Of a stretch of DNA of 50,218 bases, positions 1-10,221 are shown one piece after another. A model generated the notes under the pieces. It saw nothing but the letters and a program-made list of their open reading frames with translations. It had not been told where the DNA came from and did no database searches. The DNA lies in assembly GCA_964646455.1 (NCBI GenBank), contig CAZYDX010000004.1, positions 1 to 50,218 on the forward strand. The letters run 5' to 3'. Numbering within the stretch: position 1 is the stretch's first letter; each line of letters opens with the position of its first letter. A program made the translations under genes and the position numbers. This DNA is from an uncultured bacterium (GTDB lineage Bacteria > Fidelibacterota > Marinisomatia > Marinisomatales > UBA1611).

Positions 1-148
1 GCCAATATCTTGATAGTAACTGCACTTCTTCAGTCCCCTCATTATATATTTCAATGTTATAAGAGAATAAATATATAGGAACAGCGGCTGAGGATCTTTC
101 TTTGATAAAATCTGATTCAACCTTAATATTTATATTATTGTTTTTCAT
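1..148 (-). CDS. apaG: ApaG protein, 5' part (runs off the left edge; not in the supplied ORF track)
   Basis: Manual minus-strand translation from ATG at 148: MKNNNINIKVESDFIKERSSAAVPIYLFSYNIEIYNEGTEEVQLLSRYW, matching the ApaG N-terminal pattern Y.F.Y.I.I.N.G...VQLLSR(H/Y)W. Confidence 0.85.
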   Translation of the reverse strand, partial: MKNNNINIKVESDFIKERSSAAVPIYLFSYNIEIYNEGTEEVQLLSRYW

Positions 149-193
149 AGAGGTATATTTTAACGTGTTAAATTAATTTAATAAAATTGTATC

Positions 194-2005
194 ATGACAG
201 ATAACAAAAGATTACTATCAACAATATCAATTATTATCGCTGTTGGGCTTTGTTTTTATTGGTTCCGACAGATAGGCCCTGGAGATATCGGCTCTCCAGA
301 GATTACAGAGTCTGATATTATGAAACATATCCGTTTTTTATCACATGATGACAGAGCTGGTAGATACCCGGGTACTAGAGAATCAAGAGATGTTATATCA
401 TACCTAATAAATAATCTGAAATCTTTTGGGGTTCAGCCTGGCGGAGAAAATGGATCATTTAAACAAACTTTTAGCCTTCTTGATAGTGTAAAACTTGGTC
501 GAAATAATTCTCTATCTGTAAATGAAAAACCCCTAAATATAGAGCAAGACTATATACCTCTTTGGTTTTCTGGAAACGCAACCCTATCTAGTGAAATCAT
601 TTTTGCTGGGTACGGTATAAATATGATTACTGATTCTTTAGTCTGGAATGATTATAAAGATTTAAATGTTGAAGGAAAGTGGGTTATGGTCATGAGGCAT
701 AGCCCTGAAAGAGAAAATCCTCATTCGGTTTATGCTCCTCACTCTGATCTACATAAAAAAATGATTGAGGCAAGAGACAGAGGTGCTGCAGGGATATTAT
801 TTATTTCTCAAATAGAAGATACAACCTTGATCCCGTTTAAATATATCTCTGGCTATTCAAAATCAGGAATTCCGGCTATTCATTTGAGTAACAATACTGC
901 TGATGATATTCTTCAAACAGTAGGAACATCAAGAAAAATAATTCAAAATAAGATGAACAGAACACTTCAATCAGTGTCTTTTGGTATCCCAAGCATTACA
1001 GTCTCTGCAAGTGTAGAACTGAAAAATATTTACTCTAGAGCCGCAAATGTGATAGGCCAAATAGTAAGCAGAAACCACAGGTATCGAGATGAATATATTG
1101 TTATTGGTGCCCACTTTGATCACCTTGGCTACGGAGGACCCGGGTCAGGATCTCTAAAGCCAGATACTACCGCAATACATAATGGAGCGAACGACAATGC
1201 TTCAGGAACATCTGGATTATTAGAACTTGCCCACAAACTACAATCTAATAGGCAGCTTTTAAAAAGAAGTGTTTTGCTAATTGGGTTTGATGCTGAAGAA
1301 AAAGGATTGCTTGGCTCTAAATATTTTGTAGCAAACCCAACTATAGAAAAAAATAATATTGTCACTATGATAAATATGGATATGATCGGAAAAATGAAAG
1401 ACTCTACTGCAATGATTGGTGGCATAGGAACTTCACCAAGATTTGAATCCTTGTTAGATAGTTTGTCAAAAATTTCTAGTTTAAAATTAGAATATGATAA
1501 GGCTGGGTATGGGCCTAGCGACCATGCCAGTTTTTATTCTGAGAACATCCCTGTTTTATTCTTTTTCACGGGTGACTTCAGTAGTAATTACCACCTACCT
1601 GAAGATGATTGGCAGGGCATTAACGCATCCGGAGAAAGACAAATCCTTGATATAATATATAGAATAGTGATAGATCTAAGCAGAGATATGTCAAAGCCTT
1701 CTTTTACAATTGCGGGACCTAAAAAAAGACCAACACAAAGAAGTAATCAAAAAGTCAAACTGGGAATAATGCCGTATTATGGAGGTACAATTGAGGGTCT
1801 AAAAATTGACAAAATCTATGACTCAAATGGTCCTGCCGCAAAAGCTGGTATTAGATCTGGAGATATAATTAAATCTATAAATAAAAAATCAATAAAAGAT
1901 ATCTATGAATATATGAAGCGCATGGAAGAGATAAAGCCTGGTCAAAGTATCCCATTTGATATAAAAAGAGATGGTAAAATAATTATGCTTACGGTCAGAT
2001 TTTAG
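194..2005 (+). CDS. M28 family metallopeptidase with PA domain and C-terminal PDZ domain
   Basis: N-terminal membrane anchor; GAHFDHLG, GANDNASG, AEEKGLLGS, NMDMIG, SDH and YH..D motifs; C-terminal KLGIMP…GPAAKAGIRSGDII PDZ. Confidence 0.9.
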   Translation: MTDNKRLLSTISIIIAVGLCFYWFRQIGPGDIGSPEITESDIMKHIRFLSHDDRAGRYPGTRESRDVISYLINNLKSFGVQPGGENGSFKQTFSLLDSVKLGRNNSLSVNEKPLNIEQDYIPLWFSGNATLSSEIIFAGYGINMITDSLVWNDYKDLNVEGKWVMVMRHSPERENPHSVYAPHSDLHKKMIEARDRGAAGILFISQIEDTTLIPFKYISGYSKSGIPAIHLSNNTADDILQTVGTSRKIIQNKMNRTLQSVSFGIPSITVSASVELKNIYSRAANVIGQIVSRNHRYRDEYIVIGAHFDHLGYGGPGSGSLKPDTTAIHNGANDNASGTSGLLELAHKLQSNRQLLKRSVLLIGFDAEEKGLLGSKYFVANPTIEKNNIVTMINMDMIGKMKDSTAMIGGIGTSPRFESLLDSLSKISSLKLEYDKAGYGPSDHASFYSENIPVLFFFTGDFSSNYHLPEDDWQGINASGERQILDIIYRIVIDLSRDMSKPSFTIAGPKKRPTQRSNQKVKLGIMPYYGGTIEGLKIDKIYDSNGPAAKAGIRSGDIIKSINKKSIKDIYEYMKRMEEIKPGQSIPFDIKRDGKIIMLTVRF

Positions 2006-2065
2006 ACCAACTTATGGCTGTCGTTTAATTTCTTCAGAAGTTTCACTTTTTGTAACCTCTTATAT

Positions 2066-3076
2066 TTAATTTACCTCATCGCGATTCCCTTGTGCATCTC
2101 GGACTGCGTCTAAAGTATTGTTGCCGAATCTTCCATCTACTTCTAAATCGTAGCCACTAGCATTTAATGCTTTTTGCAAACTGGTGACAGACTTACTGTC
2201 CAAAGGGTCAAAGTTTTCTATAATATAGTTTAATCTATTACCAACTTCTGAAAAAAGGGTGGAACATCTTCCTCTAATTTTTTCAGTAAGGCCAAGAACC
2301 GCCATAACGTAATTATCTGAGTGATTATATGCCCAAACTGATTTCCAAATATCTCCATCCTTTTTATAATTTTTACTACCCGGGTTGTATCCATTTTTTA
2401 TCAAATAATTAGCAATACTACCTAATACATCTGGCCAATCATGAGGCCTTCTGACTCCATCACCATCAAAATCAACGGAAAAACGATTAAAGCTTGATGG
2501 GATAAACTGACCAAAACCAAAAGCTCCTGCGTAAGATCCTTCAATACTCTGAGGGTCAACCCCATCTTTATAACAATATTCTAAATATGAGGCTAATTCT
2601 TTTGAGGCCCATTTTGCTCGCTTTGGCATATCATGTATCTGAGTATACAAAGAATTGAAAACCGTAAACCCTTTGTAGTGTTTGCCATAATTACTTTCTA
2701 TTCCTGCTATGCTTAGGATAATAAATGGGTCTACATCATATGTTTTTGACACCTTTAATATTAGGTCTTTGTTCTCACTGTAAAATTCAGTTCCCGCAGC
2801 AATACGAGATTCTTTGATAAATAATTTTTTATATTGCTCCCATGATTTTTTTTCATAAGGCCTAGCAAAACTATCCGGTATTTTTTTATGTCTCTCAATT
2901 TTTTCATTTTTAAAAACCTCATCTATATATGCCATTGGTACAATTTTTTTATTTATTATTTCGACAACCAACTGATATGCTAAATCATTCGAGACAGAAT
3001 CATTGGAGTAAGATATAGATAAAAAAAATATTAGTAAAAAAATAGATTTGGGCATTTGTGATTTATTACTTAACAA
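2066..3076 (-). CDS. mltB: Lytic murein transglycosylase, MltB family, with C-terminal peptidoglycan-binding domain
   Basis: GIESNYG (catalytic Glu), GSYAGAFGFGQFIPSS, VDFDGDG Ca loop, SIANYL, YNHS..Y; LQKALNASGY…VDGRFGNNT PG-binding module. Confidence 0.85.
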   Translation of the reverse strand: MLSNKSQMPKSIFLLIFFLSISYSNDSVSNDLAYQLVVEIINKKIVPMAYIDEVFKNEKIERHKKIPDSFARPYEKKSWEQYKKLFIKESRIAAGTEFYSENKDLILKVSKTYDVDPFIILSIAGIESNYGKHYKGFTVFNSLYTQIHDMPKRAKWASKELASYLEYCYKDGVDPQSIEGSYAGAFGFGQFIPSSFNRFSVDFDGDGVRRPHDWPDVLGSIANYLIKNGYNPGSKNYKKDGDIWKSVWAYNHSDNYVMAVLGLTEKIRGRCSTLFSEVGNRLNYIIENFDPLDSKSVTSLQKALNASGYDLEVDGRFGNNTLDAVRDAQGNRDEVN

Positions 3077-6000
3077 GAAGTAGCTTTATGCTTTCATTGT
3101 AATTTTTTGTTTTTAACCTACATAAATATACGCCTGTACTTAAATCAAGTCCGTTGTCATTTTTGCCATCCCACATTAATGTGTTTATCCCCGGGCTATA
3201 CTGACTGTTAACTAGTGTCCGCACAGTCTCTCCAAGAATATTTAAAATTGAAATCTCAATATTCTGATGACTAGGAATGTTAAACTTAATTTGCACCCTT
3301 GAATTAAACGGATTTGGAAATGCCGAATGTAATAAATGCGTTATTGGCACAGTATTGTTTCCATCAGACTGTAAAGGGTTTATCACACTATTAATATATC
3401 CGGGCGTGCCATTTCCTTCTGAAAAAGACCAAGAACTAGCGACTCCATTAGAAGAGTCCGGAGAAAGAAGCTCTAGAGTTGGCCCATTTCCATCAGGCTC
3501 AGTTGGCCAAGGTGAACTATCATCATATTCTACTTGATCTATAAGTCCGCCTGATAGATCATATAGACTGATCTCTTCACCACCGCCACTTAGACCAAAG
3601 CCAAAAGACCCATATACGCCCACTGTTTCTGGAAAATAAATAGAAAAAGAATTGGTGTCTTGGGCTAACACTATATAAGAATCAGTACCTACAATTGAAT
3701 TCTCTGGGAAGGTATACCTGTGGTCTTCATTCTCATCAGTAAAATACCAGCCAGAAATATCAACACTATCTGTTCCATTATTATATATCTCTATCCAATC
3801 ACCCGGGTTGAACTCATCCGAGCTATTATAGTTTATTTCATTAATTACTAAGTCTATGGTGTCACCACCTAGAAACGGTTCAAATATAGCAGTTAAATTT
3901 AGACCATCGGAGACCTGTATTTTCATTGTCTCGCTAGAGTCTGGAAACTGAGCCCATCTGGAAAAAACATATCCAGCATCAGGAACAGCTCTAACATCAA
4001 TAGGTATGCCTGGATAGTAGTATCCACCCCAAGGATAATCATCTGGTGTAATAGTATTTATTTGAATTTTACCACCACCAGTAGAGAGAACATTAAACAA
4101 TAAGTATACCGGACTGGATAAATCAAAAAATGCGCTTAAATGCTGCCTCATATAAAGATATCTGTTGTCAGCAAAGTTATCAAGAATTTGGATATGGTTG
4201 CCCCAGTCTTGAGCAGAATTCGGCCATCTATTCTGGTGCATTGGTATTATATCTTGGATATATGAGGCTAAAGAATCTAGCCTGGTGACTAAATGTTGTG
4301 GCTTAAAAATTGTGTTAAACCTATCAGAAAATATATTTATAAACCTCTCGCGATAATTGGGGTTTTCAAGCAATTTTCTGAGCAAATAGGTAGACCAGGG
4401 CGGGTTTGGCCATCCCGGGCCATTTTCTTCAGTAGCAAACTCCAAAGTATTATAATCATAACCAAGCCCCATCCAAGGAATACCAAAACCAAAGTCAGTG
4501 TCATATAAAATCCATCTCCATAATCCACCTTGAGCCTGAGGCCTCCAGTACTTAATGTTATTCCCTGGCCAGTCACGATTATCTATAAATATTTGGGCGA
4601 TGTTATAATCAATATGGTTATCTATATCAATCCAATTTGAAAGGGAGTCGTATACATCAGAGTTTTCCATATCAGAATTTTCCACATAATTAATTAAAGC
4701 ATTATAATTATCAATTGTCCCTTCGTTAGCATACTGTACCTCTATTAGGTCGAGCTCATCAGGATCAACAGGATGATGACTAGCAATGAAATGTTCATTA
4801 ACTTTTTCACGAAGATTATATAGCCCCCAAAATTCTCCATTTAGATAAACCAGCATTGGTCTATAGGCTTGTATCTCTAAATCAATATTCTCAAATATCC
4901 CGGTCATATACCCATCTCTTAGCATTGTGAAATTCCAATCATTGCCAGAGTTTCTAAGTACAAAACTTTGATAGGAGTCTACATTGAGATTAGGAAAAAG
5001 TGGATAGGCAAACTCATTTGCACCATATTCACCTCTTGCAAAAATAGAAAATGATTTTTGGTCTTGCCCCCTGCTCCAGCCTCCAAAAATCTTTACTCCT
5101 GCTGGAGATGAAAAATAATCATCGTTTGTTTCTAAAAGCTCAATGTAAATAGGTCTTTCCCAATCTTCCCAAAAATTGGCCCCAAAATGAGGATATTCTG
5201 ATGAGGCATTTGGGCCCATTACATATATACCTGTATTATAATCAAAAAAGTTTTCTGGAGCAGTCGACAAAAATAAAGTTGGAAAATTATGGCTCTCATC
5301 ATCCAATATATATGTAGAGGTTTTTATGGGAGATGTCAGCCAGCCACTTTTATAGCTGGTCGCCCTTATTACTTTGTTTTCAGTTATCGGTATGCCACTA
5401 GAGTATAAATACGAGTTTTCATCTGGCTCTGAACCATCAAGCGTATAATAAATATTCACATCGGTTTCATTACTATAAATCTCTATATACATTAGTTGAT
5501 TATTATAAAATCCAGTTGGGGATGAAAAACTCAGCTCACCTAATACCCCCAAAACAGATTCTTCACCATTTGGTTCCCCGGGAGTCGGAGAAATAAACAT
5601 ACCTATATTATTTTCATCATTCACTCTGCCAATGGAAACATCTGGCAAAAGATTTTGAGTATATAAAGAATCAACAAATGTGCTATCTAAGTTTGTTAGT
5701 ATGATAGTTTCACCACTAGAACTTATTTTAAAATTTGTGTGGAGCATTGACCCTGGTAGGTCAATCTCCTCTGCCACACTGGGATTATTATCTAGCAGTA
5801 TATTTCTCCCAATGGTAAGGAAAGGTATGCAAGACATATCAGATGAGTTACTATCAAAATTATGAACCTGAATTGCCAATACATTTTGTCCGCTATTAAT
5901 CCAGGTTTCAATTGAATCCACCCAAAAAAGTGAAGGGCTACCACCATTATACATCTGTGCCTCTATCCAGCCCTCGGTTCCTTGATCGTGGCTCGGTGGA

Positions 6001-6602
6001 GTCCCTAAAACATTAGACCTGGCAAATTCAGACCCGTTTAGATATGCAACAAAACCATCATCATAATCTATATGTAGTGCAATTTTCTTCACTTGTTGGG
6101 GATTATCTATAAAAAATGGTTTAATTATATATATAGAGGTGACTGAGTTGATTATTGTGTTATCGTCATTATCACCATAGCCAAACCCACTAGGGCCCGT
6201 GCTCCAATTATTAGCGTTAAATCCTAACTGATTCCAGCTTGTTGGTGGCTCTTGATTCCCCACAAAATAACTCCACTCATCACCCCAATCGATAATGGTC
6301 TCCCAGTGAGAAATAATATCTATACGGTCTTTATCAGAGGCCATCACCATTAAATATTGTTCAGGCCCAATTGAAACATCTGGAAACCTCCACTGAAAAG
6401 GGCTATCTAAATCATCTGATAATCCCCAATTAAAAAGTGAAACGCTAACCGGAGTGGGGTTATATAATTCAATCCAGTCTGGTGTGTCCCCATCTTCATC
6501 ATAGTAACTACTCTGGTTTGATGAAACGACTTCATTAATTTGTATAGACTGTGCTACAATAATAGAAAAAAGTAAACTAACAAAAAAACAGGTTTTAATC
6601 AT
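3066..6602 (-). CDS. Secreted CotH-family kinase with lamin-tail domains and C-terminal sorting domain
   Basis: Signal peptide; two LTD motifs (INEV…DWIELYN; INEINY…DWIEIYN); IYYTLDGSEP; CotH core KIFGGWSR…LRNSGND…YLNGEFWGLYNLRE…NRDWPGNN…YDTDFGF; AFPNPFN…KLLLVK. Confidence 0.85.
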   Translation of the reverse strand: MIKTCFFVSLLFSIIVAQSIQINEVVSSNQSSYYDEDGDTPDWIELYNPTPVSVSLFNWGLSDDLDSPFQWRFPDVSIGPEQYLMVMASDKDRIDIISHWETIIDWGDEWSYFVGNQEPPTSWNQLGFNANNWSTGPSGFGYGDNDDNTIINSVTSIYIIKPFFIDNPQQVKKIALHIDYDDGFVAYLNGSEFARSNVLGTPPSHDQGTEGWIEAQMYNGGSPSLFWVDSIETWINSGQNVLAIQVHNFDSNSSDMSCIPFLTIGRNILLDNNPSVAEEIDLPGSMLHTNFKISSSGETIILTNLDSTFVDSLYTQNLLPDVSIGRVNDENNIGMFISPTPGEPNGEESVLGVLGELSFSSPTGFYNNQLMYIEIYSNETDVNIYYTLDGSEPDENSYLYSSGIPITENKVIRATSYKSGWLTSPIKTSTYILDDESHNFPTLFLSTAPENFFDYNTGIYVMGPNASSEYPHFGANFWEDWERPIYIELLETNDDYFSSPAGVKIFGGWSRGQDQKSFSIFARGEYGANEFAYPLFPNLNVDSYQSFVLRNSGNDWNFTMLRDGYMTGIFENIDLEIQAYRPMLVYLNGEFWGLYNLREKVNEHFIASHHPVDPDELDLIEVQYANEGTIDNYNALINYVENSDMENSDVYDSLSNWIDIDNHIDYNIAQIFIDNRDWPGNNIKYWRPQAQGGLWRWILYDTDFGFGIPWMGLGYDYNTLEFATEENGPGWPNPPWSTYLLRKLLENPNYRERFINIFSDRFNTIFKPQHLVTRLDSLASYIQDIIPMHQNRWPNSAQDWGNHIQILDNFADNRYLYMRQHLSAFFDLSSPVYLLFNVLSTGGGKIQINTITPDDYPWGGYYYPGIPIDVRAVPDAGYVFSRWAQFPDSSETMKIQVSDGLNLTAIFEPFLGGDTIDLVINEINYNSSDEFNPGDWIEIYNNGTDSVDISGWYFTDENEDHRYTFPENSIVGTDSYIVLAQDTNSFSIYFPETVGVYGSFGFGLSGGGEEISLYDLSGGLIDQVEYDDSSPWPTEPDGNGPTLELLSPDSSNGVASSWSFSEGNGTPGYINSVINPLQSDGNNTVPITHLLHSAFPNPFNSRVQIKFNIPSHQNIEISILNILGETVRTLVNSQYSPGINTLMWDGKNDNGLDLSTGVYLCRLKTKNYNESIKLLLVK

Positions 6603-8430
6603 CTTTATAAGTTAGACCATATCCAAATCTAAATAGTGGGTCATAATTTTGATCGCCAAAGTTGATCGGAATCTGTTTCATTGATCTTGGCCACGTCATA
6701 GACAGTTTACCTGTTGGTTCATAGTCCCCAAAAACAACATCCGCAATTCCAGAGCCTTCGCTACCAGGTAGCCATGCTGCTATAAAAGCATCACAATCTT
6801 TAAGCTCTTTCTCTATTAGCATTGGTCGCCCTGAGATCAGTATTATCAGGTAAGGAATATTTTTCTTTTTGATTTTCTTTAACAACGCAATGTCTTCTTT
6901 AGAAAGATCAAGAGACTCGCGATCTCCCCACCCTTCCGAATAAGGTTTTTCACCTACCACAGCAATTATTAAATCAGCATTAGAAATATCATCACCATTC
7001 TTTGAATATGAAATATCATTTGTATCTGTTACTGTAGCTTTAAAAGCCTCAAGGATTGATGTCCCGGGTGTTATATCTCCTGACTCACCTTGCCATGTAA
7101 TTGTCCAACCGCCACACTGGTAACCAATATTATCGGCGTGCTCTCCAACAAAAGTAATTTTTTTTCCAGACCTTTCTATTGGCAAAAGGTTATTATCATT
7201 TTTTAAAAGCACTATTGATTTTCGTACGCTCTTCCTCGCTAATTCTCTGTGTTTTTTTGACCCGACCACACTAGCGTTTTTAGGATTTTTTAGGGCTTTA
7301 TCAAAAAGACCAATTTTCTTTTTTATCTTTAATATCCTTGTTACAGCATCATCAATACGATCCATCGATATCGCACCCTCTTTAACAGCCTCTATCGCTA
7401 AACGGATAAAATCATCATAAGAGTCATCGTCTGGATTAAGGCTTCCAGGCACCATAACCATATCTATCCCGGCATTTAATGACACAATTATTGAGGTTTT
7501 AAAATCTTTATCAATCTCGTTAATACCCGCCCAATCAGACACAACAAATCCCTTAAAACCGAGTTCCTGCTTTAAAACATCATTAATTAAATATTTATGC
7601 CCGTGAAGCTTTTTTCCATGCCAGCTATTATAGGAGATCATAATGCTTCCCACGCCTTGCTTTACTGATTCTTCAAATGGTTTGATATATTTGTTTCTTA
7701 ACTCAATTTCATTGAGTACTACATCTCCTCTGTCGATTTTATAATTGTTGCTACCTGTACCGAAAACCGTATTTCCATCACCAACATAATGTTTAGCACA
7801 AGCTAAAACTGATTTTTTGCTGAGCGATTTTCCCATTTGGTATCCTTCAACAGTTGCAACTCCAAGCCTTGTTACAATATCAGAATCCTCTGAATAGCTT
7901 TCGTATGTTCTGCCCCACCTTTCATCCTGAGCCACAGCAAGACAGGGGGCAAATGTCCAGTCTAAACCAGTGGCTTGTATTTCTTCAGCTGTTGCAACAG
8001 CAATTTTTTTAATTAATTTTTCATCATTGGCACATCCCAAACCAATATTGTGTGGAAAAATTGTGGCACCAACAACATTATTATGCCCATGAACAGCATC
8101 AATGCCGTAAATAAGTGGTATTTTTAGCCTGGTGCTCAGCGCTTGTTCTTGAAATCCATTATAAAGATCAACCCAAGAAGAAGGCTGATTCGTTGGTGGC
8201 GTTGAACCACCACCACTTAAAATAGAACCAAGAAAATATTTATTAATATCTTTTTTGTCTTGAAGATATCTATAATCTACTTGGGTCATTTGGCCAATCT
8301 TCTCCTCAAGGGTCATAGATGAAACAAGACCACTTATGTCATTATTTATTGAACAAGAAACCAAATGAATAAAAACTAGCAGAGCTAAGGATTTAGAAAA
8401 CAATCTATTTAAGAAACATAACCTTATCAT
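6595..8430 (-). CDS. GH3 beta-glucosidase / exo-beta-glucanase, probable lipoprotein (true start may be TTG at 8403)
   Basis: MTLEEKIGQMTQ, YGIDAVHGH, RWGRTYESYSED, CAKHYVGDG, VVSDW nucleophile, VVGEKPYSE, GKLSMTWP; LVSC lipobox-like. Confidence 0.92.
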   Translation of the reverse strand: MIRLCFLNRLFSKSLALLVFIHLVSCSINNDISGLVSSMTLEEKIGQMTQVDYRYLQDKKDINKYFLGSILSGGGSTPPTNQPSSWVDLYNGFQEQALSTRLKIPLIYGIDAVHGHNNVVGATIFPHNIGLGCANDEKLIKKIAVATAEEIQATGLDWTFAPCLAVAQDERWGRTYESYSEDSDIVTRLGVATVEGYQMGKSLSKKSVLACAKHYVGDGNTVFGTGSNNYKIDRGDVVLNEIELRNKYIKPFEESVKQGVGSIMISYNSWHGKKLHGHKYLINDVLKQELGFKGFVVSDWAGINEIDKDFKTSIIVSLNAGIDMVMVPGSLNPDDDSYDDFIRLAIEAVKEGAISMDRIDDAVTRILKIKKKIGLFDKALKNPKNASVVGSKKHRELARKSVRKSIVLLKNDNNLLPIERSGKKITFVGEHADNIGYQCGGWTITWQGESGDITPGTSILEAFKATVTDTNDISYSKNGDDISNADLIIAVVGEKPYSEGWGDRESLDLSKEDIALLKKIKKKNIPYLIILISGRPMLIEKELKDCDAFIAAWLPGSEGSGIADVVFGDYEPTGKLSMTWPRSMKQIPINFGDQNYDPLFRFGYGLTYKDD

Positions 8431-10195
8431 AATATCTTTTCCCGTTAATCATTGACTGAATTATATAAATGCCGTTTGCAGTTATATTCGCATCCCAAAT
8501 AAAAGATTTTTTACCCGGGGGGATAGTACCTTTAAACACAGTATCAACCTTTCTCCCAACCAAGTCAAAAACTTTTATAGATATATCACTTTTTTGACTG
8601 GTAATAATAGGGATAGAAATTCTATTATTAAAAGGATTTGGAAATGGTTTTTCAAGTCTAAATGAATTTGGAGTGTTTAAAGCATTCGACAATGAACTCT
8701 CTAGATAGATTTCAAGACCATTAATAAAAGGTCCTGCCGCAGCATACCCCGTGCCATATATATCTGCAGAAAAATAGATATCTAATACCCCATCCAAAAC
8801 CTCAATATTGTTTAGTGTTATATCAAAAGGTGTATTGACCGAGACATGTGATAATACGTCTAGATCATCAACAACTAAATCATCCTCGACTGTTATATCA
8901 AAAACTCTGTCAGCTGTAGCATTATAGTGGTTTTCAGAAAATAACATCTTTAAGGTGAATATTCCCGGATCTAGCCTAACCTTATAAGCTGCGACTCTAT
9001 TAAGCGATGATCTGTACAAAATATCATTGTCCGTGTTTTGGATATCAATATTATTATTTATTATTTGAAAATTACCAGCAATAAAACCATATTCTTTATC
9101 TGATCCCCAAATCTGATCCGCATAATAACCACCAGCTATATCTCCACCAGCATTAATCTTAATTGTGTCTCCAAGGTGCTCTGGTATATCTATCCAAACC
9201 ACATTAGATACCATAGTATTTTGAGAGTCATCCTGAATATTAAAAACCCCCATCACACTCATACTAAGATGGTCAGTGTCCATTATTAGTTTTACGCTCC
9301 TATGGTCACTAAGTAGAGATGCGTCTAAAAAAGATATACCTGCTAAGCTATAGTTTGATATTTCTGTTGCGCTTTGGGTGTCAAGCTCCTCACTAAATTT
9401 AACATTTAAAGAATTATTATGTTGCCTTGACCATAGTACTTTGGGTTCAGAATGATCAACATAGCCAATGTCTGATGTTGTAGTAAGACATAATATCATA
9501 TTCCCATTTTCATAGTGTATGTTATCATCAATAAATAGAGCTTGGTTCCCCCCCCAGGTATGATCATCACTCTTTTCCCACCTATTATAATCGAAAGCGT
9601 CAAAATCATCTTTCCACATAAAAGTAAAATTCGAATCACTTCCTGTATCACCTTCGCCCGGGGTATAGGCAGCATAGCTCACATAATCATAATATGAAAA
9701 TCTTGGTAATATTTCAGGATTCCATGCTCCTACCCAATCATCATAGACTGGATTCCAAATATTCATCATTATTTTTTGCGAATAGTGCAGAGAGTCAATA
9801 TGTGCGCCAACCTGCCTGTACACCTCTTCTCCATCGATAAACCAGGAAACATACTCAGGCGTCCACTCAAATCCATATGTATGATAATCCTCATGAGGAT
9901 TGAACGATACATAGTGCTGCCTTATATGAGAATCTTGCCCCCATGTAATTGTGTTGAAATCAATAACATGGTCATATACGCCCAATATTTCTATATCAAT
10001 CTCTGCCCAGGGAGTGTTTGGGTTGTCATCATTATATGTAAAAAATGAAGAGACCAGACCGTCACCCTGCGCTGGTTTATATCTTGCCTCAAATCTTCCA
10101 TATAGGTATGACTCGTGGGTCCGAAGTTCAGCACCTCTATAGATTTGTCCCACCAACAAACTTGTAAATAAATATATAAAAATCAGGTTTTTCAT
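8405..10195 (-). CDS. Secreted GH16 lichenase-type glucanase (circularly permuted) + Ig-like + malectin-like domain + sorting domain
   Basis: Start refined to MKNLIFIYLF at 10195; WAEIDIE catalytic motif; KINAGG…FSE…RVFDITVE…LDV malectin pattern; PFPNPFN…KVMFLK. Confidence 0.85.
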   Translation of the reverse strand: MKNLIFIYLFTSLLVGQIYRGAELRTHESYLYGRFEARYKPAQGDGLVSSFFTYNDDNPNTPWAEIDIEILGVYDHVIDFNTITWGQDSHIRQHYVSFNPHEDYHTYGFEWTPEYVSWFIDGEEVYRQVGAHIDSLHYSQKIMMNIWNPVYDDWVGAWNPEILPRFSYYDYVSYAAYTPGEGDTGSDSNFTFMWKDDFDAFDYNRWEKSDDHTWGGNQALFIDDNIHYENGNMILCLTTTSDIGYVDHSEPKVLWSRQHNNSLNVKFSEELDTQSATEISNYSLAGISFLDASLLSDHRSVKLIMDTDHLSMSVMGVFNIQDDSQNTMVSNVVWIDIPEHLGDTIKINAGGDIAGGYYADQIWGSDKEYGFIAGNFQIINNNIDIQNTDNDILYRSSLNRVAAYKVRLDPGIFTLKMLFSENHYNATADRVFDITVEDDLVVDDLDVLSHVSVNTPFDITLNNIEVLDGVLDIYFSADIYGTGYAAAGPFINGLEIYLESSLSNALNTPNSFRLEKPFPNPFNNRISIPIITSQKSDISIKVFDLVGRKVDTVFKGTIPPGKKSFIWDANITANGIYIIQSMINGKRYYDKVMFLK

Positions 10196-10221
10196 GTTCT
10201 CAGTACATGTTGGTTGTCTTT

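Noticed and set aside
2006-2065. Terminator between the convergent M28 and mltB genes
   Set aside because: No convincing stem; only a 4-bp CTTC/GAAG repeat
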